Below, piece by piece: positions 1 through 9,786 of a DNA stretch of 64,000 nucleotides. Position 1 is the stretch's first letter; each line of letters opens with the position of its first letter. The DNA lies in assembly GCA_038227875.1 (NCBI GenBank), contig JBBRPR010000019.1, positions 79,807-143,806 of the forward strand, in the 5' to 3' direction. The translations under genes were made by a program, and so were the position numbers. The notes under the pieces are model-generated. The model saw only the letters and a list, made by a program, of their open reading frames with translations. It did not search any database and was not told where the DNA came from. This DNA is from Planctomycetota bacterium (GTDB lineage: Bacteria > Planctomycetota > SZUA-567 > H5-PLA8).

Positions 1-988
1 CGATGTAGTCGTCGTAGCTGGCGACTTCCGCGCGGATGAAACCTTTTTCGAAGTCGGTGTGAATCACTCCGGCGGCGCGCGGCGCTTTCCAGCCTTTCTG
101 GATCTGCCACGCGCGCACTTCGATTTCACCGGCGGTGAAGTACGTCGCCAGGCCCAGCAGGTCGTACCCGGCGCGGACCAGGCCGTCGACGCCGGCTTCC
201 GTCATGCCCAGCGTTTCCATGAACGATTTGCGTTCATCGGCGCTGAGTTGCACGAGCTCGCTTTCGATCTTGCCGGAGATCATCGTCGCGCGCGCGCCGA
301 CCTTCGCGGCGTGCGCGTAGACGCCTTTACTGTAATCGTTGCCGCCGGCCGCAATGTCGTTCTCGCCGATGTTGCAGACAAAAAGCATCGGTTTGGCGGT
401 GATCAGATGACAGTCGGCGAGGAAAACCATTTCTTCCGGCGTCAGGTTCATCGCGCGGACCGGTTTCAGTTCGTTGAGCAGCCCCATCACCTTCTGCAGG
501 GTCGGCACAGCGGCCAGCGCGTCCTTGTCGTTCTTGCGCTTGATGCAGCGGTCGAGCTTGGTCTTGACGGTCTCTTCGTCCTTGAAGATCAATTCCAAGT
601 CGATGACTTCGATGTCGCGGACCGGGTCGACCTTGCCATCGACATGGACGACGTCGGGGTCATCGAAGCAGCGGACGACGTGAAGCACGGCGTCGACCAT
701 TTTAATCGCGGAGAGGAAGGAGTTGCCCTTGCCCAATCCTTTCGCAGCGCCTTTGACCAGGCCGGCGATGTCGACGAGTTCGATCTTGGTCGGGACGACG
801 CGGTCGGTTTTGACGATCGCCTGGAGCGCCCAGAGCCGATTGTCGGGCACGGTGACCATGCCCGCGTTGGGATCGATGGTGCAGAACGGATAGTTGGCCG
901 CCTGCGCCGCCTGCGTCATCGTCAACGCATTGAAAATGGTGCTCTTGCCCACGTTGGGCAGGCCTACGATACCGCAATTGAAACCCAT
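1..988 (-). CDS. ychF: Redox-regulated ATPase YchF (Obg family), 3' end runs off the window
   Basis: Minus-strand translation from ATG at 988: [23 protein letters not shown]...[11 protein letters not shown]...DIAGLVKGA...[16 protein letters not shown]. Absent from the ORF track because there is no stop in the window. Confidence 0.97.
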   Translation of the reverse strand, partial: MGFNCGIVGLPNVGKSTIFNALTMTQAAQAANYPFCTIDPNAGMVTVPDNRLWALQAIVKTDRVVPTKIELVDIAGLVKGAAKGLGKGNSFLSAIKMVDAVLHVVRCFDDPDVVHVDGKVDPVRDIEVIDLELIFKDEETVKTKLDRCIKRKNDKDALAAVPTLQKVMGLLNELKPVRAMNLTPEEMVFLADCHLITAKPMLFVCNIGENDIAAGGNDYSKGVYAHAAKVGARATMISGKIESELVQLSADERKSFMETLGMTEAGVDGLVRAGYDLLGLATYFTAGEIEVRAWQIQKGWKAPRAAGVIHTDFEKGFIRAEVASYDDYI

Positions 989-1098
989 GGTAACTCCGGC
1001 TGGACAGTGCAACCCTGTTGCAAATTTGCAACAGGGTTCAAAGTGAAGTGGGGAAGTCTACACGAAGGGAGTGCGGATGCAAATGTGCCGATTGTCTG

Positions 1099-1233
1099 TG
1101 CCACGGATGCGCGAATTTCTGAGCGTAGCGAAGAAATTGGCTCATCCGTGCTTTACGTCTTCCCATTTCCGTGCGTAACGGCACGGATGAACGGACATTT
1201 TCGCTCCGCTCAAATGTCCGCGCATCCGTGGCA
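1099..1233. repeat. Inverted pair of ~53-bp REP-like palindromes (BIME-like)
   Basis: 1099-1151 TGCCACGGATGCGCGAATTTCTGAGCGTAGCGAAGAAATTGGCTCATCCGTGC. The reverse complement of 1181-1233 is TGCCACGGATGCGCGGACATTTGAGCGGAGCGAAAATGTCCGTTCATCCGTGC. Each copy is itself a hairpin. Confidence 0.75.
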
Positions 1234-1264
1234 CCAGATTGGAAAGGGCGGTACACTTCCTCGC

Positions 1265-2137
1265 ATGAGCTCCGTGCTGTCGCGACTTTCGCCCTACGTT
1301 CGCATCGCGCACGATTTTACCACGCCTGCATTCAGCCTCAAACCGCGCTGGATCAACGATCACGCGCTGCTTTACTTCAAACACGGGACGGGCACGTTCT
1401 ATCATCGCGGCGAGCGCTATCCGATTACGCCCGGCACGCTGTTTTTCGTCGGGCCGAGCGTCGAACATGCGTTCGACGGCGCGGGGCAGCCCTTTCACAT
1501 GCTCAATCTGCACGTCGATCTAATCGAACGCCCCGACAGCGCGACGATCGATTACAACCAGCGACCCGGCAGCCATTCACCACCGCCGAAGCGCGACACG
1601 TTCGAGCCGCTGGCCAAAGAACTGGCGCTGCCGGTCTGCATCCGCATCCGCAGGCAGGCGGTCTATGAGCGCCTCTTTTTTCGCGTGCACGGCCTATTTA
1701 CGCTCGGCGACGTCGCCAGCCGCTTGCAGATCAAGGCGGCGGTGATCGATGTGTTCGCGTTTCTTTTCCGGGAGCGGCAGCAGAGCGAAGTCTCTCCGGC
1801 CTTGCGCGCGCAGTTGCCGGCGCTCGAGGATGCCGTCCGCTACCTGCAGGCGAATTTTCGCCGCCGCATCGGCCATGCGGAAGCGGCGGCGAAAGCGGGC
1901 TTGAGTAGTTCGTACTTCGCGCGCTGCTTCAAGGAATACTACGGCGTTTCGCCCATCCGTTTCCTGACGCAGTTGCGGATGGAGAAGGCGAAGACCGAAC
2001 TGACGCTGACGCAACACCCGATCAAGCTGATCGCCGCCGGCGTGGGCTACGGCAGCATCCATCACTTCACGCGCGCGTTCACGCAGCACGTAGGCGTTTC
2101 TCCTGCGGCGTACCGTGAGACGCACGGAGCTTCGTAG
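1265..2137 (+). CDS. AraC-family transcriptional regulator
   Basis: C-terminal part of ORF 59..2137. Cupin-like N-domain (LLYFKHGTGTF, PGTLFFVGPSVEHAF) and AraC HTH (SYFARCFKEYYGVSP...IAAGVGYGSIHHFTRAFTQHVGVSPAAYR). Start set at ATG 1265 because the upstream part is antisense to ychF. Confidence 0.92.
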   Translation: MSSVLSRLSPYVRIAHDFTTPAFSLKPRWINDHALLYFKHGTGTFYHRGERYPITPGTLFFVGPSVEHAFDGAGQPFHMLNLHVDLIERPDSATIDYNQRPGSHSPPPKRDTFEPLAKELALPVCIRIRRQAVYERLFFRVHGLFTLGDVASRLQIKAAVIDVFAFLFRERQQSEVSPALRAQLPALEDAVRYLQANFRRRIGHAEAAAKAGLSSSYFARCFKEYYGVSPIRFLTQLRMEKAKTELTLTQHPIKLIAAGVGYGSIHHFTRAFTQHVGVSPAAYRETHGAS

Positions 2138-2309
2138 TTCGGGCGTCTCGCCCGGTCTAACCAATGCATTAGCAAGCATTGCCTTTGTGCGATGGAATGT
2201 TTCTATACCGCAAGCAACGCGGCTTTGCTGTCGCAAGAGAGATCGAACTTCGGCGGTATCGCACATCTCACATAGGGATTGGTTAGACCGGGCGGGACGC
2301 CCGGTCTAC
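2134..2309. repeat. GTAG-type REP doublet (REPIN-like inverted pair)
   Basis: 2134-2165 GTAGTTCGGGCGTCTCGCCCGGTCTAACCAAT. The reverse complement of 2278-2309 is GTAGACCGGGCGTCCCGCCCGGTCTAACCAAT. Confidence 0.8.
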
Positions 2310-2417
2310 AAAAATAAGAATGTGCAAAAGATGAGGAACCCGCGTCAAAGACGATGCGCTCGCGCGCGTGTATGTTCTCAGCAGAGATAAAACTCATCCC
2401 TGCGGAGAACTGAAAAC

Positions 2418-3263
2418 ATGGACAGCCTGGAACAATACGAATTCGATCGGCTCGGCTACCTGATCATCAAGAACATGCTCAAGCCCGACGAAGTTCGAAC
2501 GCTCAGCCGCACAGTTGATGCGTTGGAAGAGCACGCCGCTCAATGCGTTCATTTGCCGCCACGCAAGGCGTTTCCGTGGGGCAATGGCGATGCGCACCGC
2601 AATCCCGAGCGGGGTTACCACGTCCACGGCTCACAGGCGGAAGGCAGCACCATCGTGGTCGACGACTTCTGGAATTTCTCGCCCGAGTTTGATGTGCTGC
2701 TCAACCACGGCAAGACCATGAGTTACATCAAAACGATCGTGCAGTCGCGGCCGACGATCAACAATTCGGAAGTGCGCATCCGCTATCCGCAGAACGCCAC
2801 CGGCTGCCACATGGGCGGGCCGATCGATCACAAGTACCGCTACAGTTTCACGCAGGGCAAAATCGACTGCATGATGGTGCGGATGATCTATTTCCTTCAC
2901 GACGTCAACCTCGATCAGGGTCCGTTCTCCGTTGTGCCGGCAACGCACAAAACCAATTTCAAGCCACCGTACGGCCACAACCCCGATCAGGAACCGGGCA
3001 TGATTGGATTGGAAGTGAAAGCGGGCGATGCGATTTTGTTTACCGAAAATCTGCGCCACGGCGGACTGACCAATCGCTCAAAGCAGACACGCAAGACGCT
3101 GCATGTCGGCTACGGACCGAATTGGATGATGTCTCAGAACATCGCGACAATGGACGAACCCAATTACATCACCGCCGAAACCCGAGCGCGGCTCACGCCC
3201 GAACAACTGGCGCTGTTCGATGCGTGGCCCGCTCCGAAGGAAGAATTGGCGGCGGCGAAATAA
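2418..3263 (+). CDS. Phytanoyl-CoA dioxygenase (PhyH) family Fe(II)/2OG enzyme, HxG variant
   Basis: FDRLGYLIIKNML, YFLHDV..DQGPFSVVPATHK, KAGDAILFTENLRHGG, RKTL. RBS GGAGA upstream. Confidence 0.88.
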   Translation: MDSLEQYEFDRLGYLIIKNMLKPDEVRTLSRTVDALEEHAAQCVHLPPRKAFPWGNGDAHRNPERGYHVHGSQAEGSTIVVDDFWNFSPEFDVLLNHGKTMSYIKTIVQSRPTINNSEVRIRYPQNATGCHMGGPIDHKYRYSFTQGKIDCMMVRMIYFLHDVNLDQGPFSVVPATHKTNFKPPYGHNPDQEPGMIGLEVKAGDAILFTENLRHGGLTNRSKQTRKTLHVGYGPNWMMSQNIATMDEPNYITAETRARLTPEQLALFDAWPAPKEELAAAK

Positions 3264-3267
3264 AAAA

Positions 3268-5064
3268 CTACAGCGCGTCGATACTGGTGAGCGGATGCCA
3301 GCCCTCGTCGGTGGGACCCTCGATCGCAAACCAGACCTTCGGGTTGTCCTTCTCATCGACGATGCCGAGCGCCACTTTCACTTCGCCTTTCGTGAAGCCG
3401 CTAGGAAAGGCGATGTTCTCCTGGAAGAAATTCTGGCCCGGCATCCAGGTGCGAATGTCTTCCTTGAAGTGCACGACCTTCGCGCGCTTGCCCTGTTTAA
3501 AGCGGATCGCCAGCTTGTAGGGCCGATAGATCGGCGCGCAGCCGACGTTGTCGGTGAAGACTTTGAACTCCATCTTCGCGCCGGGCTTGGCTTCCAGCGG
3601 CAGGCGCATCTGCCGCAGCGTAAATCGGTAGCCGATCTTCTTGTCGAACTCGATGAGTTTCTTCAGGGCGCGTTCGGGGAAGAACGCGTTCTTCGGCATG
3701 AAGACTGACATGTGGTACTTGTAGCCTTCCTGGACGATGTAATCGAGATCGTGGTCGCTCAGCACCCACGTCGCGACGTTGCCGCACGTTTCCATCGTCA
3801 CCGGCGCGGTCTGCCACGCCTCTTTGACGCCGCAAAGCTCGATCTCCTGCGGATAGCTGTCAAAGGTGTGATTGAAGCAGAGATGGCGCGGCACTTCGGG
3901 CACATCCTTGAAGCGCAAGTCGCCGAAGCAGTCCGCGCGCCAGCCAATCGGATGGCCGGTTTTCTTCGACCACTTCGCGGAGTGATGACAGCCGGGTCCA
4001 CCGAGCATGGCCAGTAGCTGCGTTTTCTTGAACGACTTCAAGTAGACGTCAGTCAGCTTGTACGCCGTCTGCGCTGTGGAATTGCCGCCCGATTCGCCCC
4101 AGAATCCGGCATAGGCCATGTCGATGCTCTCGAGGTCCGGATGGCCGTCGTACTTCTTCGCAAAGGCGCGAATGAAATTTCCGAAATGCTTCAAGTAGAG
4201 CGGATCGTTGCTGTCGGGCTCGTGCTTCGCGTATGGTCCGCGGTCGATCCACGCGGCGCCGGTGTCCCAGTACCAATCCGGGAGATTGACTGTCCAGCCG
4301 GGCGGATGGCGCTTGGCCTTCAGCGGTTCCTTGTCAGTGTCCACGCGCGACGTATACGGCTGAAAGCGGAGCTGCGCAGTCTGGCCGCGATCGTGAGCGG
4401 TCTTCAAGGCCGCGTCGACCAGCTTCCAATTGTACTTTCCCTTTTCCGGCTCCAGCCACTTCCACGGCCAGCGGCAATAGGTCAGCGTGGTGCGCGGGAT
4501 GTACTTCACGTTGTCGGGGACTGTTTTTCCGCTCGGGAATTCGAGCGGGCCATGCGTGTCAGACGTAGCCCACGACGGGTATGTGTCTTCGCCCTGAAAA
4601 CGCTGGAACGTGGTCGTGCCGCGGTGCGGGTTGTGGATGTAGTCGAAGTGTTCCTTGGGGCGCACGCGCTGGATGACTTCATCGGGTCCAAATGCGTCGC
4701 GCCAATATACGATCGGCTTGCGCTTCACGGCCTTGCGGTTGGTGTTGGCGTGAATTTCGCGAAGCAGCGCCGGAACCTGTTCCAGGCCCATGTGACGCGA
4801 GAATACTTTTTTCCACGCGGCGGGCGTGTTGGTTTTCGGCGCGTGATTGGTGAAGGCGGGAAGTTCGCGCAACACTTCCATGACGGACTCAGCGTGCTTG
4901 TTCTTCGACGAAAGCGACTGCTCCCAGTGCTTGCGGCTCTTCAGTTCCGGCGGAAGGTCCTGGATGACATCGGGAAGCGCGTTGACCACATCCATGATGC
5001 GGTCGATGACCTGGCGGTCGGACAGTTTACGGTGCGAGGTTACGGGCGTGTGTGATCCTGCCAT
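3268..5064 (-). CDS. Glycoside-hydrolase-like protein (DUF4874/DUF4832-type, GH42-like TIM barrel)
   Basis: NPHRG, YCRWPWKWLEPEKGKYNWKLVD, FAKKYDGHP, GFWGE, KKIGYRFTL, NVGCAPIYRPY. Confidence 0.7.
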   Translation of the reverse strand: MAGSHTPVTSHRKLSDRQVIDRIMDVVNALPDVIQDLPPELKSRKHWEQSLSSKNKHAESVMEVLRELPAFTNHAPKTNTPAAWKKVFSRHMGLEQVPALLREIHANTNRKAVKRKPIVYWRDAFGPDEVIQRVRPKEHFDYIHNPHRGTTTFQRFQGEDTYPSWATSDTHGPLEFPSGKTVPDNVKYIPRTTLTYCRWPWKWLEPEKGKYNWKLVDAALKTAHDRGQTAQLRFQPYTSRVDTDKEPLKAKRHPPGWTVNLPDWYWDTGAAWIDRGPYAKHEPDSNDPLYLKHFGNFIRAFAKKYDGHPDLESIDMAYAGFWGESGGNSTAQTAYKLTDVYLKSFKKTQLLAMLGGPGCHHSAKWSKKTGHPIGWRADCFGDLRFKDVPEVPRHLCFNHTFDSYPQEIELCGVKEAWQTAPVTMETCGNVATWVLSDHDLDYIVQEGYKYHMSVFMPKNAFFPERALKKLIEFDKKIGYRFTLRQMRLPLEAKPGAKMEFKVFTDNVGCAPIYRPYKLAIRFKQGKRAKVVHFKEDIRTWMPGQNFFQENIAFPSGFTKGEVKVALGIVDEKDNPKVWFAIEGPTDEGWHPLTSIDAL

Positions 5065-5184
5065 TACGAGTGGCTCCTTTTCGATGCGGAAATGGATGAA
5101 CTCTTATAGCATACACCGCAGTTGGCGTTGTGTGCGAATGTACACCCTTGAATGAAACTCGCGTCGTGACTACACTCCGGTATT

Positions 5185-8100
5185 GTGGCTGAATTGAATC
5201 CATCGTCTGATCCCATCCGTAATTCCGTGCCGCCTCCGCGTCCGGCTGATGAGCGGCCGTTGTCCCCGCTGGCGCTGGCGGTCTGCGTCGCAGTAATTTG
5301 TGCGGCGGGCATTGCGGCGTACAGCAATTCGTTCTCGTGTCCGTTCATTTTCGACGACACGAGCGCGATCATGACCAATCGGGACATCGTGAATCTGTGG
5401 CCACTGAGCCGCTCGATGTTCGGCTCCGACCAGACCAGCATCGCCGGCCGTCCGCTCGTGGCGTTTTCGCTGGCGATCAACTTTACACTCAGCGGATTGA
5501 AAGTGTGGAGCTACCACGCGCTCAATCTTCTGATTCACATTATCGGCGCGCTGGCGTTGTTCGGAATTCTGCGCCGCACGCTGCTGCGACCGAAATTCAA
5601 AGAGAACTTCGGCGCACACGCGGTGCCGCTGGCGCTGGTCTGCGCCCTGATCTGGCTTGTCCATCCGCTGCAGACGGAGTCGGTGACGTACGTGGTCCAG
5701 CGCTGCGAATCGTTGATGGGCATGTTCTTCCTGCTGACGCTCTATTTCGCGATTCGCGGCTGGGACGCCCCGCGCAACCGTTTGTTGTGGCACGCGCTGG
5801 CCGTGGTCGCGTGCGCGTGCGGCATGGGTTCGAAGGAAGTGATGGTTGGCGCTCCGCTGCTGGTGCTGTTGTACGACGCACTCTTCAATGCGCCACCGCA
5901 GCGGGGTCTGCGTTTCCAGCCGGCATTTTACGTCCCGCTGTTCGCCACGTGGATTGTGCTGGGCCTGCTGCTTGCAGCCGGCGGCCAGATCGGCGCGTCG
6001 AATCTTCATATCAATCCCATTTCGCCGATGGAATACCTGCGCTCGCAAGGCGGCGTGATCTGTCGCTACCTGCAGCTGACATTCTATCCGGGAACACTGT
6101 GTCTCTATTACGCGTGGCCGGTCGCCACGCGGGTCATCGACATTGTGCCGCCGTGCCTGTTCATCGCGGCGCTGGTATGCGTAACGGGCTGGGGTCTGTG
6201 GCGCGGCCGCGCGTGGGCGTATTGCGGCGCGTGGTTTTTTCTGATTCTCGCGCCGACGTCGAGCTTCCTCTCGATTCCCGACATCGCCTTCGAACACCGC
6301 ATGTACCTGCCGCTGGCGGGCGTGATCGTGCTGGTGGTCTTGTGCGTGTACCGCGCCGGGCTGCGCATCACTTCCTCTCCGGCGCTTCAAGTCGCGCTGG
6401 CCGTGGTTGTCGTCGCGGCGCTGGGCGCGCGCACCTACGCGCGCAATTACGACTACCGCTCGGTTGAATCGATCTGGCGCAGCGTCCTGGCCTTCCGTCC
6501 GGACAATCCCGGCGCGCGCAACAATCTCGGCGACGCGCTCTTCAACGCAGGCAAGATCGAAGAAGCGAAGGTCGAGTTCGAAGCGACGTTGAAAATGCAG
6601 CCGAACAACATCGAAGCCATCGACAACATGGGCAACATTCTCAACAAGGAAGGCCTCAACGACGAGGCGATTCAGTACTACCACCGCGCGATCGAACTGC
6701 GACCGGACTACGCGCTGGCTTACAACAACCTCGGCGTGGTCCTGCTCTCCATCAACCGCGACACGGAAGCGATGGAAGCGTTCAAGAAAATTCTGGAGCT
6801 CGAACCCGAGAATCCGACAGCGCACGTCAACTACGGCAGCGTATTGGACAAGATGGGCCATCACACCGAGGCCCTCGCGCAATACAACGAAGCAATCCGC
6901 TTGTCGCCGGATAATCCCGAAGCCTACGCCAATCTCGGCCAGTCCATGGCAAACCAGGGAAAATTCGAAGAGGCGATTGCCTACTATCAGAAGGCCCTCG
7001 ATCTCGAACCCACCATGGCCCTGTCATACCTGAACATGGCCATCGCCAAACTGCGTGTTGGAAAGAAGGACGAAGCGTTGAAGTGCGTCGAGACCACGCT
7101 GCAACTGCAAAGTTACTACCCGGAAGCGTACCTGACCAAGGGCGCAGTGCTGAATGAAATGGGGAAATTCGACGACTCCATCGCGGCCTACAAGAAGGCT
7201 CTGGAGCAAAGCCCTCGCATGCTGCAAGCCGCGGCCACCGCCAGCGATCTGCTCGACGGCGCCGGCCGCACCGACGAAGCGATCGCGATCTGGAATGGCA
7301 TTCTGGAGAAAACGCCCGACGACGGCTTCTCGCAGTTCCGCGTCGCGCTGCTCTACGCCCGTCAGAAGAAATCCAAAGAAGCGCTGGAACACTTGACGCT
7401 GGCCGCGAAGTTCTCGGCCACTCCGGACGCGCACTACGCGCTGGCGGAAGCGTTGCGCCAATCCGGGCGCACCGACGAAGCGCTGTTGGAAATCCGCGAA
7501 GCCTTGCGACTCGCGCCCGAGAACCGGGAGGCCATGAACAATCTCGGCCGCGCCCTGCTTGATGCCGGCCGGCCGGACGAAGCCGTCACACAGCTCAAAA
7601 CCACGGTGGAGAAGTTCCCGACGTTTGCGCCGGCGCTATTGAATCTGGGCTGGGCGTATTTGACAAAGCGAGAATTGACGCTGGCGATTGAAAATTTCGA
7701 GCTGGCCATCAAGCTCGATCCCAAGCTGCCCGATGTCCGGAACTTCCTGCGGCGCGCGTACATTGACCGCGGCGACGAACTGGAGAAGGCAAAAAAAGGC
7801 GACGAAGCCCTGCAGCTTTGGACACGCGCGTCCGCGTCTTCGCTCGACGATCCTTACTTCGAACACCGCGCCGGCCGGCTGCTGCTCAACATGGGGCGTA
7901 TAAATGAAGCTGTGACGCACTTCGAAGCGGAACTTAAATCCGGAAACGCAGACCCCGTGGCCGAAGAAGACCTCGGCTACGCGCTGGGACGTGCCGGGCG
8001 CAAGGACGAGGCGCTCAAGCATCTGAAGGAAGCATTGACGCTGCAGAAGGAAAATGTAACGGGTCTCAACAATATTGCGAGGGCCATGGCCGACCTTGGG

Positions 8101-8724
8101 ATGACGGCCGAAGCCATCGACGTATTCAAGGACGTGATCAAGCAGAATCCCGCTTACACCGACGCCTACAACAACATGGCCGTGGCCTACAGCACGCTGG
8201 GCAAGCACGAGGAAGCGCTGGCCACGTTCAAGGAAGTCCTGCGGCTCCGGCCTGTCTCGGTCGATGCCGAGCGCAACCTGGCCATCTGCTACGGACGATT
8301 GCAGAACCTCCCGGCTGCCATAGAGCATTTCAACCGGGCGATCGCACTGGACCCGAAGAACGCTGACGCACGCGAAGGATTGGCGCGGCTGTATGCCAAG
8401 AATGCGAAGCTCCCCGAGGCAATCGCGCAGTTTCAGGAACTCATCCGCGCTGATCCGGCCTCGCCGCGGGGTTACGTCGGACTGGGAACGCTACTGGCTG
8501 ACAGCGGCAAGCCCGACGAAGCCGCCGCCGCGTTCAAAGATGCGCTGAAAGCCGACCCCACCGACGGACCCGCGCACAACAGCTTCGGCGCACTCCTCGC
8601 CTCGCGCGGCGCCTTTGACGAGGCCGCGTGGCACTTCGACGCCGCTCTGAAAAAGAACCCCAATGACGCCCTGGCGCGGGAGAATATGAGCAAGGTTCTG
8701 CGACACCTGAAGCCCCGGCCGTGA
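5185..8724 (+). CDS. TMTC-like membrane glycosyltransferase (GT-C fold) with long TPR array
   Basis: FIFDD, RPL, YHALNLLIH, HPLQTESVTYVVQR, SKE and EHRMYLP motifs in a multi-TM N-half, followed by many TPR repeats (e.g. AYNNLGVVL, AYANLGQSM). Confidence 0.88.
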   Translation: MAELNPSSDPIRNSVPPPRPADERPLSPLALAVCVAVICAAGIAAYSNSFSCPFIFDDTSAIMTNRDIVNLWPLSRSMFGSDQTSIAGRPLVAFSLAINFTLSGLKVWSYHALNLLIHIIGALALFGILRRTLLRPKFKENFGAHAVPLALVCALIWLVHPLQTESVTYVVQRCESLMGMFFLLTLYFAIRGWDAPRNRLLWHALAVVACACGMGSKEVMVGAPLLVLLYDALFNAPPQRGLRFQPAFYVPLFATWIVLGLLLAAGGQIGASNLHINPISPMEYLRSQGGVICRYLQLTFYPGTLCLYYAWPVATRVIDIVPPCLFIAALVCVTGWGLWRGRAWAYCGAWFFLILAPTSSFLSIPDIAFEHRMYLPLAGVIVLVVLCVYRAGLRITSSPALQVALAVVVVAALGARTYARNYDYRSVESIWRSVLAFRPDNPGARNNLGDALFNAGKIEEAKVEFEATLKMQPNNIEAIDNMGNILNKEGLNDEAIQYYHRAIELRPDYALAYNNLGVVLLSINRDTEAMEAFKKILELEPENPTAHVNYGSVLDKMGHHTEALAQYNEAIRLSPDNPEAYANLGQSMANQGKFEEAIAYYQKALDLEPTMALSYLNMAIAKLRVGKKDEALKCVETTLQLQSYYPEAYLTKGAVLNEMGKFDDSIAAYKKALEQSPRMLQAAATASDLLDGAGRTDEAIAIWNGILEKTPDDGFSQFRVALLYARQKKSKEALEHLTLAAKFSATPDAHYALAEALRQSGRTDEALLEIREALRLAPENREAMNNLGRALLDAGRPDEAVTQLKTTVEKFPTFAPALLNLGWAYLTKRELTLAIENFELAIKLDPKLPDVRNFLRRAYIDRGDELEKAKKGDEALQLWTRASASSLDDPYFEHRAGRLLLNMGRINEAVTHFEAELKSGNADPVAEEDLGYALGRAGRKDEALKHLKEALTLQKENVTGLNNIARAMADLGMTAEAIDVFKDVIKQNPAYTDAYNNMAVAYSTLGKHEEALATFKEVLRLRPVSVDAERNLAICYGRLQNLPAAIEHFNRAIALDPKNADAREGLARLYAKNAKLPEAIAQFQELIRADPASPRGYVGLGTLLADSGKPDEAAAAFKDALKADPTDGPAHNSFGALLASRGAFDEAAWHFDAALKKNPNDALARENMSKVLRHLKPRP

Positions 8725-8773
8725 GCGATAGTTTTAAACTGGGCCCGCTCTGCATTCCTCGTCAAACGACATG

Positions 8774-8800
8774 AAACGCCCCGCTTGCGCGGGGCGTTTT
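8774..8800. terminator. Intrinsic, probably bidirectional, terminator between convergent genes
   Basis: AAACGCCCCGC-TTGC-GCGGGGCGTTTT hairpin with A/T flanks. GCAA tetraloop on the minus strand. Confidence 0.75.
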
Positions 8801-8833
8801 CAGTTCATTCGACATTCACCACTCGACATTCCA

Positions 8834-9544
8834 TTAGTCGTCGCGGTCGTGCTTCTTCTTTTTCTTGAACAGGTCGATGTCAATGTCAATGGCCGGGCGG
8901 CGGTCGCGCTCGACAACCGTGGTCGGCGGCGTGACGATCGTGCGTTCTTCGAAGTGGCCGGGGATCACGACATTTTTGGTCACGTCTTCAAAGCGCGGCG
9001 GGACGCTGTATTCCTTGGTGACGGTTTCGTACTGAGCGGGGACCGTGAATTCCTTGCGCACCACTTCGAAGCGGGGCGGCGTCTGGACTTCGCGTTCGAC
9101 GATCTTGTACTCCGCCGGGAATTCCACATTGCGCCAGTGGCCTTCTTCAACGACGCCCTTGATTCGCACTGGACCAATCTTCGCTTCACCGGTTACTTCA
9201 GCCGGAACCCACTGCCGTTCCACGCGCGCGGGGGCGACCAGAACCTTCTCTTGAATGCGTTCGATGCGGCCGGGGCTGACCATCACGCGCTCTTCGCGGG
9301 TCTCGACGCGCGCCGGCGAAACGAGAACCTGCTCCGAACGCCGTTCGACGCGCGCGGGTGAAACCAGGACATGCTCGGTCTTCGAGATCACCGACTCGGG
9401 AATCCAGACGCGTTCGGTCACGGCCTGACCGGGAATTTGAACCACGCGCGGGGGCGTGCGGCCGGCGTTGATGTCAATGTCGACGTCGACGGCCACAGCA
9501 CTAACCACCGGCAACACCAACAATAAAGGAAACAGAAAACGCAT
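8834..9544 (-). CDS. Secreted Val/Glu/Pro-rich protein with 14-aa repeats
   Basis: Signal peptide MRFLFPLLLVLPVVSAVA. Repeats VSPARVERRSEQVL / VSPARVETREERVM / VPAQYETVTKEYS. RBS GGAGA upstream. Confidence 0.8.
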   Translation of the reverse strand: MRFLFPLLLVLPVVSAVAVDVDIDINAGRTPPRVVQIPGQAVTERVWIPESVISKTEHVLVSPARVERRSEQVLVSPARVETREERVMVSPGRIERIQEKVLVAPARVERQWVPAEVTGEAKIGPVRIKGVVEEGHWRNVEFPAEYKIVEREVQTPPRFEVVRKEFTVPAQYETVTKEYSVPPRFEDVTKNVVIPGHFEERTIVTPPTTVVERDRRPAIDIDIDLFKKKKKHDRDD

Positions 9545-9786
9545 CGGTTTGGATCTCCAGGGAACTTAAGCTGAATGACGGCTCTTGTCCGCGCAGCCTT
9601 CAGACATTTCGGGCCGCAGGCGCACAGTACTTTCGGCAGTCTGCGGACAGAGTGCCAGAATAGTGATCGGTATTTCTAAGCGGAAAATGAAGGATTCAAT
9701 CTCTTTCTTACAAAAAAGTGTCACAAATTAGAGAAATATGCGTGCGTCATCTGGTGCAGCGCAATATCCGATGCATGCACGTTAAT

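Noticed and set aside
59..1264. N-terminal 400 aa of the 692-aa ORF, suggesting a giant AraC fusion
   Set aside because: It is the antisense shadow of ychF plus intergenic REP sequence. The AraC domain starts at about 1265.
5170..6882. Long antisense ORFs (also 16500..17939, 19630..21261, 52812..53990 and others)
   Set aside because: They lie opposite well-supported genes and have no motifs, which is typical of high-GC codon bias.
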